64,000 bases of DNA from Epiperipatus broadwayi (lineage: Eukaryota; Animalia; Onychophora), in assembly GCA_028023455.1 (NCBI GenBank), contig JAQFVV010000010.1:5704001-5768000 (forward strand), written 5' to 3'. Below, one piece after another: positions 39,869 to 54,079 of this stretch (within the stretch, counting starts at the first letter, position 1; each line of letters opens with the position of its first letter). The translations under genes and the position numbers were made by a program. The notes below the pieces were generated by a model. It was not told the origin of the DNA. It did no database searches and saw only the letters and a program-made list of their open reading frames with translations.

Positions 39869-41010
39869 TATATGATTCTCTTATACTTTTTATTTATTTA
39901 TTATTTTCTTTCTTTTAATAATAGGTCAAACATTATTCAATTCTAACCTAAACTTATTAAAATTCTTATTAATAAAACATTAAGATAAAGTTCCCAAGGT
40001 AAATTAATAACATTGTGACTATCTACAGACTAAAAGGATAGGACTTATTACTCTATCTAATTTTAGTTATATATACTATGACATTTATATTATCAGTGTA
40101 ATTTGTTTGTTATAATTAATATATTATTTAAATTTTTGTTTTGTTATTCGCAATGAATGATTAATATTCTGGTATAAGTGATCTATCACATGTTAACATC
40201 AAGAATAGACTTCAAAATAAGGATATTTTAAATTTATATCCATGTGATATGACACCTTGAAAATAAGAAAGTCCACTATAAAATAGAGATCACTACTTAG
40301 ATGACTAGCAAGTTTATTTTATCTTATAATATTAAATCATTTCGTTCAGATAATCAAATGATCATTCATTTTAATAGTATATCAATGATGGTTTAATATA
40401 TAATAGAGAACTGAGAATGAAGGATGATCATATTTATTTATTTTACATGTTACTTTTTTATAGCTTATGTTGCTTTGAGTCATAAATATAGTTTATTATT
40501 TATATAATTTTATTAAACATTAGTTAATATAATTATATTCATAATTATTTATCTATTTTACAATTCATCACATTATCATATATTGTACAAACATATAATG
40601 GGTATACAAGCAGGATGTAATCATACCCCTGATCTAGAACTCATGTATATTCTTCCGAGTTTGAATTCCATGGAATAATAAGATTAGATTAGAGAATATA
40701 TGAATTTCCTACTATTTTAGTATTTGATGATTAAATTATTTTTGTTTGTCTATATACATGTTCAATCTGTCATAAATGCTCCTTCCCTTACTTATATTAC
40801 TCTAACAGATAATCAAATAAGGGTAAAGTGGCATTTATGTCATCCTGTTACAATATATATCAACTGTAAGTGTTCAGTCAATTTAAAGTATGATATAGTT
40901 TTACATTTTCATTTATTATGCCAAAAGTAAAAACTTAAAAGTAATAGAGATAATTTTTAAAAAAATATTAAATGCTTTTATTGACTGTGCAAAAAAAAAA
41001 AAAAAATGGT

Positions 41011-41078
41011 TTGTTCAATCACAATTGGGGTTTTTAGATTTCAAGTTAAATCTGAAAACCCCAATTGTTGTTGAACAA
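41011..41078. repeat. 31-bp near-perfect hairpin with 6-nt loop
   Basis: TTGTTCAATCACAATTGGGGTTTTTAGATTT-CAAGTT-AAATCTGAAAACCCCAATTGTTGTTGAACAA. Confidence 0.8.
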
Positions 41079-41365
41079 TTATTATTATTATTTTTTTTAG
41101 TGCATTTAATATAAAATTTTTTTTTATCTCTTTTATTTATAAATAAGTTAAACCTAAAAAAATTATACAACTACAAATATGTTTTTTTTTTAAATACAAA
41201 AGAGATTTTTTAAGCAATGTTTTATTGTCATCAGTGTAATATTTTTATTATTAAGACTGTTTACAAATCATGGTACATTGAGACATTTAGATTTTTTAAA
41301 AATATTCCTGCCCCAATCCTTTTTTAAAAATCTTTTGCTCTTTTTTTTTTTATATAACTATAAAA

Positions 41366-41745
41366 CAGGGGTCCCCAACCTTTTTGCACTTAAGAGCATA
41401 TTCTATAATACCGGCCAAGTGGCGGGCACCATTTATTTTTTCAACCAGGTGGCGAGCACCATTTATTTTTTTAATGTAAATTTATAGTTGGATATTGTTA
41501 ATAATACACATAATGTACAAAAAAATATTTATTTCAAAAATAAAATTTTAACATATAATTAACGTTTATATTTTTAAACTGTACAATTTGATTACAATAT
41601 AATACAATAATTTATAAGAAATTTTAAAAATTAAATTTATTTGTATCAGATAAATAATTTTTTATCATGTTCGGATAGTGGCGGGCACACATAAAATGAT
41701 CTGCGGGCACCATGGTGCCCGCAGGCATAGGGTTGGGGACCCCTG
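41366..41745. mobile_element. hAT MITE, second copy of the 14928 family in opposite orientation
   Basis: TIRs CAGGGGTCCCCAACC at both ends; TSD CTATAAAA/CTATAACA (7/8); body is the reverse complement of 14928-15282 plus a ~27-bp internal duplication. Confidence 0.9.
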
Positions 41746-42449
41746 CTATAACACATTATACAACAATGAAATATAATAATATTATACACACAGGATATAT
41801 CAATAAGCTAAAAATAACAAAGTTTTTTATTTATTTATACTATACATTTATATTTAATATGGGTTTATATAAAAATATATGTATATATTTTTTAATCACG
41901 TATATATATATTTGTGATATACACATACATCTAAATATAAATGAAATATATTACGTATAATGCACATATACACATGCAAAAATTCACATTTGTAGAACAT
42001 TATACAAATCCATGCATATACATGCATTATATAATTTTCCCATTTATGTTTAAACAAGCAATTATTTTTTCTGTCTTAGTTATTTATATGCTAAAAAAAA
42101 AGCAACAACAACATAATGGGATTATATTTGTTTCCATTTTAGAACAATATATATTTATATTCATGAATTTAATCCAAACAGTCATGAGTATTTAATATTT
42201 TTAAATGCAGTTATACATATATATATATATATTTAAAACAATTATTAATCAGTGATGTCTGATAACTCTTAGTTGACATTATAATAACAAAATTTTGGAT
42301 GCATATAATTTTATCTGCATTCATGGTGAAGCACTAGCAATTATGCATTAAGGATACAAGCAGTAAATAAATATAATTTAATTAAAAACAAACAAACAAA
42401 CTAGATAATTGAATTCAAACCAATGTATTACAGTGTGATTTAAGAATAA

Positions 42450-45400
42450 GAAAGTAACACAGTATCTACATATGTATTTATAAAAGGAGCAAAGAATTGG
42501 CATCAGAAGCAAATACACTTCATTATAAGTAGTAATAAGAGATAAACATAACTGGGTCAACATGGGTGTGCCAAGAATCTCAGCCTCAGGGTGGCCTTCA
42601 AGCATTCCATCATTTGATTTTCAATTGGATGGACGGTTGAAGAGTTGGAGTGTGTAGTAGGTTGGAGCCAGTCCATTAAAGTATGAAGATTGTCTATCTT
42701 AATATATATCTGAGCACTTATAGTATATATGTGTGGGAGATGATAATCTGGACCAACTGATGATTGCTGGTTTAGCATGAAATACATATATTGATGATTA
42801 TTTATTTTTTCAGCATATATGTGCTTGAGTGTATCAGTGTTATTAGATAGAGTGGAGAGTAATGGGTCATGTGAAAATCTGTGCTCATATACCCTATATT
42901 ATAACTAGTAATCGATAACTAATAATCATTCTTTGCGGTAGGATTTAAAAAAGACATAAAATCTCTGGTTAATCATCATCAAACTAATGCTTAACATATA
43001 ACATAATATAAAAGAACAATAATCAATATTTCCGTTATACATAATTGTTAAAATATGTATTATATCAATTCTGATCATCATTAAAGGCCATCTGGTAATA
43101 TGAATATACTGGCTACCAATAAAATAACAATCATAAAATATATGAAGTAAATGGTTTTAAATGTGACTTTTATTATCTTAACACCATCTAAATAATTCTA
43201 AAAAGAATTACAAATTACAAAGATATTTAAATATTCACAGACACATGTATATTCCATTTACAATAATTTTGAAGCTAGCTTTGGAGATTGCAAGTATTCT
43301 GATGACTATGAACAATAGTAAAATATAAACAATCTATTCTAGATTAATTAATTTTACTGGAATAACTTAAAATAATGATTAATAAATTTATTGATTAGAA
43401 ATAATAATAATGAAACAATGAAAGATCTATTGAATCACTCTACAATATAAATAAATCATTTTGATTTACAAATACCAGATATTTTTATAGATTGACAAAC
43501 TAAACTATATATTACCAATATTTAAATTGTAATTTACAGATGTATAAACATATATAAGTATGCATACATATGCATGTCTAATTATACAAATTATTCCAAT
43601 TGTTAATAAACCAATAAATATTGAATTTTAATATGATATAAGTATTTAAATGTTAAATGTATATATACTATAGACACACACAAATATGTATTCTAATATA
43701 AAATATTTCAATTATTAACTATCTTAATATTTAAAAAAATTATTTTTGCAATTTAATTATAACATATATTGAATCTATTCAAATTCTGCATTTTCACCCA
43801 TTAAAACAAAACACATTTGACATTTTACTAACTCTAAAATATATTTTTTATGATGACATAATCAAATTTTAAAAAAATATCTTGAGAGTTTTTATCATCT
43901 AGAGACTTTTAAACTTATTCAGGTCTTTCAAAAAAGCATTTGTCACTTCATTTTCTTTCAAAACATTTTTTTCTCATTAGTTGACTAATTTATCAACAAT
44001 TGTTTAATTTTAAAAGAAATCAAGCAAATTAAATTTTTTTTTTTTGGGCAACAAAGAAAATAAATTTTTATTATCTGAAAAATTAATGTTTGAAAGAATA
44101 TGTCTATATATTTTTTACCTACTAGCCAATTTCTTTTATCTTTGCTTCATACATTTGTCAAATAGATCTTATATATGGACAATATATATGTCTGATAAAT
44201 ATCTTTATCTGTACTTCCATACATATATAAAGTATAGCATGGGAATTTCCCAAGATTAAGTTTACTTTTTTGATTGCTATATAGACAAGATATATGCAAG
44301 ACGTCTTCAATTCAATAGAACTTTTCTATAATTTCTGAACTCTAGTTGGCAAGTGGTGTGTACTTTCAACACATTGGGCTAAAAATCAAGGAGAAGCCAT
44401 CCTACTTTATTTCTCTGAGAATTCAAGCTTGACCAACTGAAGGTTAGCAGCATCTGTGTCTTTGAAGCTGACTTTCTACATTTTCTCCAGTAACCATTAG
44501 TTAAACTAAACTACTATTTATAGAGATACAATGGAATTTAAAATAAGAGGTTTAAAGTCTTGTATCTTTGATTAATAAAATTAAGATAATATCTAAATTA
44601 GCATTTTCTGATTTTTTGTTAATTATCATTCATCAGAACCAAAAATAAATTAAAATTTTTTCCTAGACAAAAATATTTTCTGTCTTTGTTACATTAAATA
44701 TTTAAGTCTCTGTCAAGAACAGAAACTTTGAAAATATCAAATATTATTACTTAATCAATATTTCAATTATTCAAAACTTTATTTTAAATAATTGTACAAT
44801 ATATATAAATTTTGGGTGTGTTTCTTCCTTTTCCTTTTATACTTTAAATATATACACACACACTGTTGTGTGTTATGAGATCAATCTGTCTCAATATGTA
44901 TATATATACTATTTATAAGCACAATCAAATAATTTATGATTTAAGCTTATTAAAATAAAAATAAATGATTTGATGGTTTATATTAAATGCAAGATTCACT
45001 TTCTTTTGACTGACTGATGTCAGTAGGATACTGTCTTTTAATAACATTGTTAGTCAGTTTTCTCTTTCTTTTTTGCTGATGATTCTTATAGGAAATTGTA
45101 ATCCTCTTTCAGTTGATGATTTTTTAAAGGAATGTTTATTGGTATCATAGTCTGAATTTAACTCTTATTTTCTAATAGTGATTACCTCCAGGAAATTCAT
45201 CAATAGCTTATTAAGTTTTCTTCAGCTTAAGGTATTAATTTGTTTATCCATTCCTCTCGTAATCAATTTTTTTTTAGTTTTTAATTTATCCAATACTTTA
45301 AGACAATAATGTAATTTACATACTTATATTTTTATGCATACGACACATTTATGTGTGTACACAATCAATAGTTTAATCTTAGTTTATACTAAGATACAAA

Positions 45401-46300
45401 TGATTACTATGCTTTAAAAATATTTCTGTTATGATTACCTAAATCACGTTCCTGATAAATATATTACAGAAAAATTTAAGACATGTTTGAATCTTAATTA
45501 TTGTTGTATCATTTTGAATAATAGAAAATATTGTCCAGAAATAGCTATTGTGCTCAAGAGCAAAATGTATTGAAAAGTAATGATTATTAATTAATTCTAT
45601 GATGTAAATGAAATTATAGTTTTCTCAAGTAATGGTCTACATTCTGTACAATTAAACAATATTTTAAGCATCAACTCAGAAGTTATTGTATGCATGAAAT
45701 AATTGAACACATTCCTGAGGTCAGTTTAGCTTTGTTTTAAACATATCTTCATTTATTTTATCTTTGCTTTGCTTCTTTATAGCAGAAAGAAAATATATAT
45801 TTAAAAAAACTTATACTATGAATAGAAGATCTTATCACGTTGACCTAATTGTTAATGGATGCATTTAGTACAAAAGCATCCTATTCTCCACCAACCAGTA
45901 GAATCTTACTAAGATTTCTAATAAGTTGAAATCAGTTTCTTAATTTCCAGACTTCAAATAAAAAACAAAAGTAGTAAGAATGTGAAGAAAGTGCAGTGAT
46001 AGTTTGTTTTAACTTGGTAACATTAATATTTTATTTTCAGTAGTTTCCTTTAGTAAAGATATAATAAAATCATAGCAGTATCTATTTTTATATTAAAAAT
46101 CTTGATATGGGAATATTAATTATTCTTTATAATTACAATTATTTATTTTTATTCAATGTTCAACCCACTTTAGTTTTTCTTCAAATTTGAATGTTTCTTT
46201 TAAACTTTTGCATTCATAGTAAATAGTTTTAGACAACATTTTTGAAGTATGTAATTTCTTTATAAGTATTGTAAATATGTTGTTTATTTACTTATTTATA
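42450..46300 (-). mobile_element. Heavily decayed Ty3/Gypsy pol (RT-RNase H-integrase)
   Basis: Integrase-like TTHSNSSTVHPIENQMMECLKATLR (ORF 42557..42787), TDAANL RNase H motif near 44460, eroded RT-like stretches at 45.1-46.2 kb. Confidence 0.5.
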
Positions 46301-48839
46301 GGGTTATTATTTTAATCTCCAGATACTATGTAATCTATTATTGAGGGATATTAATAATTTTTTTTCTTATAAATAGATGTATAAAAGTAAAATTATTGAC
46401 TTTTTGTTTAGGATAAGGGAGAATGGGAATTGAATAGTAAATTTTTAGGGACTGAAAAGTTTTAAATCCAAGATTGGAACTGCGAAACAAACTCTGGAAT
46501 AATAAATATCCAAAGTCTTAGAGGAAGTTAAAATAAGTTTCAGTTTTTAATTTCGATAGTAAAAAATAATACATATTAATATTGTATTACATTTATTTAT
46601 ATATATATAAATCAGTTCTATAATTAGTGTCATGTTTAAATCATCTGTTGTTTAAATATCTAAGTGGCCAAATGAACAACAGCAATTCCAATTTAAATTG
46701 ATGCTTTATTAATTGTCAATTTATCTCTTAGATGGATACATACTTTCCAGTGTTATCATTAACTTTATTTATATAGAGAATACCATAGCAAAGAAACTGA
46801 CTAATGTCACACACACTTAACTATCTATGTTATAACTCTACTAGCAACAGTGCAAATGCTACATAAGTTTTCAAAACTAGCATATATATGTGTGTGCATT
46901 TATATATATCTATATATGATAGAGATGAAGAAAATATTCAGTTAATAAATAAAACAGTATTTGAGAATTTTAGGTTAACTTATTCCAAATTGTGTTGAAA
47001 TAATCTCATTGATTTTGATAGAAAAGAGTATGGTGATTTCGAATAAAGGAAAAAGAATTATGAATTAACATTTTTTTATTATTTATGAATACAATAAGAA
47101 ATGTTGGTTAAGAATTTTTTTTTGGTAACATGTAAATAAAAGAAAGGAAAACACTATTTCTTTCTTTTGGTAAAGAATATTAGAGAATATTTTTCTTTGG
47201 GGTCCGAGATTAGTTGTCATTATGGTAGGAGCTGTAGATAATAAAGAAGATAATCTACATTATGGTATATGTGGTAGATAAAAAATGGTCATTCAACAGT
47301 CAGTTTCATTCCATTGAAGATTAACGGAATTCTATTCTGTAAAATATACAGTAAAGCAGCGGAAGTGCATCATGCAGATAAGAATTTGCCTTGCTACTAA
47401 TTGGATTTAAGAGAAGCTGTAAACATTTCTTATTATATTAGGATATCTTTTAACATGAGAGGCTAGGCAAAAATCAAGTAACACATCAGTTGAAAACTCT
47501 AAACATACCGCCCGGCCCAGTAAATGAAGCTTATGATAAATTATATTACTAACTCTTATAATCTGCTAGAAAATGAAAAGACCAGGCTACACAGCTAAAT
47601 TGCTGAAAACTTACATGTATTTGATATGTAATACACTAATACAAAGCTAATCTACTTGTCTAAGGTATGAAGAGAAGAAAGATATGTTTCTGAAAAAATC
47701 TATGAAAGGACCAAGCTAATTACGGAGAAGAAAATACATTTAAAACCTAGGAGGTAGAATGCTAAAGATAAAGAATGATAAGATATTCAGATATTAAAAG
47801 ATTATGTTATTCTTTTTTCTAATATTAAAAGGCATTAATTTTCTAAAGATTAAAATAAATTCAGTATTATGTAAGATCCCGTATTTTGTCTGTGAATTAT
47901 AATTATAAACTTAAACTGAAAGTAATTTAAAGAATGTGTTATGTTTCATTTCATATACATGTGTGAGGAGTTATTAAGAGTAATAATTGAAAAACATAAA
48001 CTGCTTGTTGAATAAAAATATTTTAATGAATGTTCTATTTATACATGAATTTGCTAAATGGGATGAAACAAAATATATGAATTTGTTTATTGGAAATAGA
48101 TTTAATATTATGATTGACTTTTTATATTTATACATGAATTGACTGAATGGGAAACTAAATATATGAATTTGTTAATTGGAACTGTTTGATTATTCTATGA
48201 TTGATTATGAAATTACTAAATGAAGAAAGAATAAAATATACAAACTCTTTATTATAATCATATTAATAATTTTATGCAAGAGGGAAAGTTTACAGTTGAA
48301 ATTTACTTAATCGAGGTACAATCAAATTACTTAACACTTTGTTTTGTTAATAAATGTTTATTTTATTATTTATTAATCCATTTGTTCATGTTGTTTGAGG
48401 AGCTTTGGTTGCAGGAGTTTCTACAAATAGAAACATAAAACAAACAAAATACTTTGGAATGATTTTAATAATCAAAACCATCATCATCATTTCTTGTTGA
48501 ATTAATTTTGCTAAGTTTAAACATGATAATGTCGATACACACGTGAGAGCATACATATTGATTGTTATAGATATATGCTTGGGGAACCTTGAATATTTTA
48601 TATTTATTATATATATTATTGGTTAGGGTTCAAATCCGAATTACTGAAATATTACTATTATGTAAAATTGGTTAAAGCATTTTTATGCATTTTTACTGGT
48701 ACAATCTATAAAATCCCTATTGTCTCTGTTGTCTGAATGGTGAAATTTATGTGTCATGTGTCAAATTTATGAAGCATATTTTTCAATGGAAAAAATAATT
48801 ATTTGTTCTACTATTAATAAACCATAATAATGCCAAATT

Positions 48840-49240
48840 TGCATTACAAATAATAGATCTCAAATCAAAAGAAATGTGGAGCTCAAAATTCAGAAAACTT
48901 GCCAATGATTTAAAAAACTATGAGAGACAAAAAGAAGAATTAATTTCTCAGCATAAATGATCTGAATTAACTTCGTTAAATACAGTTGAAAAACTTGTAT
49001 TGGAATTTTCTTCCAGAATCATTTCAACGTGTAAAAATATATGCCTTTGCAATGTTAATTATTTTCGGTTCGACTTATTGTTACGAACGGTTATTCTCCA
49101 ATATGAATCTGATCAAATGCAAATTGAGAAGTTCATTAAATGACAAAAGTTTGGAATCATACTTATAATTAAAAGTTATAAATTATTTATCAAATATTGA
49201 TAAACTATCAAATGAAATGCAACAACAGAGATCATATTAA
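48840..49240 (+). mobile_element. hAT (GTF2IRD2/SPIN-like) transposase C-terminal fragment
   Basis: LQIIDLKSKEMWSSKF...WNFLPESFQRVKIYAFAMLIIFGSTYCYERLFSNMNLIK. Confidence 0.8.
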
Positions 49241-49559
49241 GAACATTAAGAAATTTATTATTTTATTCATTTTGTTGTATTAGTTATTAATAGAATAAGG
49301 GTTGAATAGGAGATAAGTTTTCCTGTAATTTTGTATTTAGGGGAAAATAATTGTTGATTATATGGCTCAATTGTTTAAATAAAAATTATATTTATATTTA
49401 TTTGTCTTTTCCCTTAATTAAGATTGTTGACTGGTCTAGTCATAGCAACTTAAACAGCGGCTGTGTTACAATATAACGGTTTAATTTTACTTTAGTTATG
49501 ATTGAAGTATTTTAAATTTATAATTTTTAAATTTTGAATTTTTTTTTTTTATGAATTAG

Positions 49560-49832
49560 GTTTATATTTGTAAAGTGAAAGCTGAAGTCAAAGATAATAA
49601 CATGGATATGATTGGAATTATTAACCCAATCAAATGTAAAACTAAAAAGAAGCAGAAGAATATCAAGGTTAAGAATAAGAAAGTATATGGTCAGATGGCT
49701 GGTGGCTTGAAAAATACTGAATTAACTGATGCTATTAAAGAAATTGGTAAATTTGCAGTTAATGAAATGAATAAGAAGATGAATAGCAAACATCTCTATT
49801 GTATGGGAAGAATCAAATCTGCACAGACTCAG
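49560..49832 (+). CDS. Cystatin-like protein, exon 3 (end of domain 1, basic linker, start of domain 2)
   Basis: Poly-T tract and TAG acceptor; VYICKVKAEV...PIKC, KTKKKQKNIKVKNKK linker, MAGG...IGKFAVNEMN...IKSAQTQ; donor CAG|GTAGGT; 91 codons, phase 0/0. Confidence 0.9.
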
Positions 49833-50454
49833 GTAGGTATTTTGTTTTTATTGTTAGTTTTTTTTTTAAAAAAATATTGTTTGATAGTTTTTTTTATATT
49901 CTGATGTAAAACTATAATAAATATTCATAAATAGAATAAACCTAAATTAGTAATTATAAATAAAATAAAAAATCACATTAAATTAACATTTTGATTATTA
50001 GCCAAACTATTAAAAACTTTATGCACAATTATGATTTCACCTGAGCATATAATTGCATATAATTGTATCCATAAGCTGCATTTAGTTTATAATAGTTTGT
50101 CTAATATTTTTAATGTTAATTTTGTATGTTTTAATGTTATTTACAAATAAGTATGTATTTATAAATAAATTTGTAAATATATCAATTTTTAAGAAAATTA
50201 TTTATACAATATCTCTAAATGCAGACACTCATATATAAAATTAAAAATAAGCAATTTAAAACAAAATTGAAACAGATAAATTATTATAAATAAAAAAAAT
50301 TATTTAATATATCAACCTGACTTTCACACCTTAATGGAACCTTTTTAAAATGTTATTTTTTTACACAATCACATGACCACATACAGCAACTCCACCCAAT
50401 GGACATCATTTACATTACATTATAATAAATACGTTTACTAAAATGTGTTTATAA

Positions 50455-51915
50455 AAATAGTTAAACTTATTACAGTCCTTTTTTTTCTTCATAATATATA
50501 TATATTTAAAAATTAATCTTAAAAAAAATAAATAATCTTTTTTATTTTAAAATTATAACTAAAGTTTCCGATAATCTAACAATACCCGTTTTCCCCTAAT
50601 CATGCTGTTAACCATGTTTACCCATTTGTTTAATATTTCTTGAATATACACAGTTTTATAACATTTTCCTTCCTTGTAATTTTTAACATACTTTATTATG
50701 TGAACATTTTTTTCACAATTTATTCTATGTCCATTATCCAAAAAATGTATATATGGCCCTAATCTTATATCCTTTCGGTTAATTGCCTATCATAGTTCTT
50801 ACCTCTTTCATTGGCAATCTTTGATGTCTGATCTATGTATATCATATTTTGAAGGTCACAACTAATTTTATAAACCAACCCTACCCTATCTTTAATATTA
50901 CCCATCTTGTTTGAATTACACATAGATTTTCCTAAAGATTTACTATTTTTCCAACCTATTGTAATATCATCAGGTAACTTTTCTTTTATCAATATCTTAT
51001 ATAAATGCTCTGAATATGGAATTGAAACTCATTTCCTATTTATATATCCCTGCCTTGCAGCACTATCTTTTGTATTATTATTATTTCTGAAAATATTTTA
51101 ATATCTTTTCTTTTATATCCCATATTAACATACTCATTCTCAACTTCCAATTTCTGCTGAAATGCTTCTTTTATATTCACTTTTAGCCTATGATTGTTTA
51201 ACTTAAACCCTTTCAAAGCTGCTATTTTCTGCGACGATGGCTTATATGAATTTGGATCAATTATATTTCTTTTTCTTTATCCTTAATATAATGTTTAATA
51301 AGTATTTTGCCATTAATTCCTTTTTTTAAAAAAATGTCTGAATACTTTAATCCTTCTCTTCTTTTTCCATTGTAAACTTAATATTACATAATCATACTTT
51401 ATTACGTGAGTGGCATTACTGTATGGAGAGTTTTGCCTCTGTGTAAACTTAATATTGTATTTTATTGTTCAATTCTTTAAATGCATTAACAATACTTCTA
51501 CTATCATCTATTACAATTGCATCATCAATATACCTATGATATTTTAGAATTTCCTTATTTTTTTATATACTTATCAATTATATTTTCTCATATGTAGCCA
51601 ATCGTAATTAATGATAAAATCCCCTAATAGAGCAATCCGTAACCCACCCCTTTATTATATTCTAAAATTCTTCATTATATTTAAAATATAAAGCATCATT
51701 TATCAATAATAATGCTTCTCAAATAATAACTATTCTTCTGAAATTATATTAATCATTTTTAATCTTATCAATAACTAATTTTACACTATCTTCCCTAGAT
51801 ATACTCTGATACATTTTTTCAATATTAAATAATGCAATTATTCCATTTCTATTTATCTTTACATTATTTAATTTTATCTATAAGTTCTTTTGAATTCCTA
51901 ATACAATATTTGTCA
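50455..51915 (-). mobile_element. Penelope-like element, inverted partial copy (RT 3' part plus GIY-YIG)
   Basis: Reverse complement of ~52630-54020; ORF 50765..50992 VGLVYKISC...IYIDQT. Confidence 0.85.
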
Positions 51916-51929
51916 AAACTAAATGACTG

Positions 51930-54020
51930 GAGTACATTAATCGTAGTTTAAGTAATATGATAATAAATGGAGATGGCTGTGTTCTAAAGAAATGGAATCA
52001 GATAAAAAAAATAGTTAATTGTTTTGTGATCAAAAATTGTAATAAGGAAGAAAATGTTAATAATTTTGTAAATATATCTCATATTAATTTTATAAATGAG
52101 CAATCACAGATTTTAAATAACTGTTGTTAGTATGCAAGCTGCAAGTATTAAGAATAGTTTGAAAATAGAATTATAATCAAAAATTAATAATATTATTAAT
52201 GAAAAGCATAAATGCATAAAAAAGAAGGGAAGGAGAAGTTTAGTATATGGCAAATTATGGAAAAGATAGATAAAGAGCACTTAATTGTAACAAGTGAAGA
52301 TAACGGTTCAAGATTTGTTGTTTTAAATGAAATGGACTTTGAGAGGAAAATAAAAGAAGATATTGTAAATCAGGCATACCAAAAGATCAATAAAGATCTA
52401 GGAAATAGAATTAATACAAAATATAAGATTTTATTAAATTATATGAAAACGAAACAATTAATGAAAAGGAATATAGATTTTTATATCCTACAGCCTTTGA
52501 ACATTCATGTATATTTGAGAATGTTAAAACACATAAGAATGACATGTCAGTAAGAGTAATATTAGATTTTAATAATTATATTCTTAAAGATTTATGTGAA
52601 ATAATATATAAAAAGATTCTCAATGCAATAGATTTTGGCAAATATTGTATTAGGAATTTAGAACTTATAGATAAATTAAATAATGTAAAAATAAATAGAA
52701 ATGGAATGATTGTATCATTTGATATTGAAAAAATGTATCACAATATACCTAGGAAGCTAGTATAAAAATAGTTTATTGATAAAATAAAAATGAGTAATAT
52801 AATTTCAGAAGAATAGTTATATGTTATCAGAAAAGCATTATTATTGATAAATGATGCTCTATATTTTAAATATAATGAAGAATTTTGGAATATAATAAAG
52901 GAATGGGTTATGGGTTGCTCTATTAGTGGGATTTTATCAATTATGATCGATTATATAGAGGAAAATATAATTGATAAGTATATAAAAAATAAGGAAATTC
53001 TAGAATATCATAGATATATTGATGATATAATTGTAATAGATAATATTAGAAGTATTGTTAATGCATTTAAAGAATTGAACAATAATAATACAATATTAAG
53101 TTTACAATGGAAAAAGAGGAGAAGCAATTAAAGTATTCAGATATTTTTTTGAAAAGGAATTAATGGTGAAATACTTATTAAACATTATATTAAGAATAAA
53201 GAAAAAAGAGGTACAATTGATCCAAATTCATATTAACCATGGTCGCAGAAAATAGAAGCTTTGAAAGTGTTTAAGTTAAATAATAAGTAGGCTAGCAGTG
53301 AATATAAAAGAAACATTTGAACAGAAATTAGAAGTTGAGAATAAAATAAAAGATTAAAAAGATTTTCAGAAATAAAGATAATATAAAAGATAGTGCAGCA
53401 AGGCAGGGGTATACAAATAGGAAGTATGTTTCAATTTTATATTCAGATCATTTATATAAGACATTGATAAAAGAAAAGTTACCTGATGATATTACAATAG
53501 GTTGGAAAAATAGTAATTCTTTAGGGAAATGGATGTGTAATTCAAAAGAGATGGGTAATATTAAAAATAGGATAGAGTTGATTTATAAAATTAGTTGTGA
53601 CCTTCACAATATGATATATATAGGTCAGACAGGAAAGACTGTCATTGAAAGAGATAAGGAGCATGATAAGGCTATATACAGAAAGAATATAAGATCAGGG
53701 CCATATATACATTTTTTAGATACTGGACATAGAATGAATTGTGAAGAAATATTCAGGTAATAAAGTATGTTAAAAGTTATAAGGGAAAAAATGTTATGAA
53801 ATTTTGTATATTCAAAAAAATTTGAATAAATGTGTAAACATGGTTAAAGATTCTTCACAATTATGGGGAAAATGAGCATTGCTAGATTATTGAAAACTTT
53901 AGAGTTATAATTTTAAAATAAAAAGAAAAGATTATTATTTTTTTAAAAAATTATTTTGTAAATATATATATTGAAAAAAAAAAAAAGGATTGTAATAAGT
54001 TTAATCATTTTTATGTACAT
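51930..54020 (+). mobile_element. Penelope-like retroelement (RT plus GIY-YIG endonuclease), decayed
   Basis: SEDNGSRFVVL (ADKG-like), IVSFDIEKMYHNIP, WVMGCSISGIL, YHRYIDDIIVI, IYKISCDLHNMIYIGQTGKTVIERDKEH. Confidence 0.88.
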
Positions 54021-54079
54021 ATATGTGTTTTTGTAATTATATTTATTGTACTATAATGTAAATAATGTCCATTGGATGG

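Noticed and set aside
46990-47800. Possible further LINE RT remnant
   Set aside because: Motifs (CKIYSK-like) too eroded and their order uncertain.
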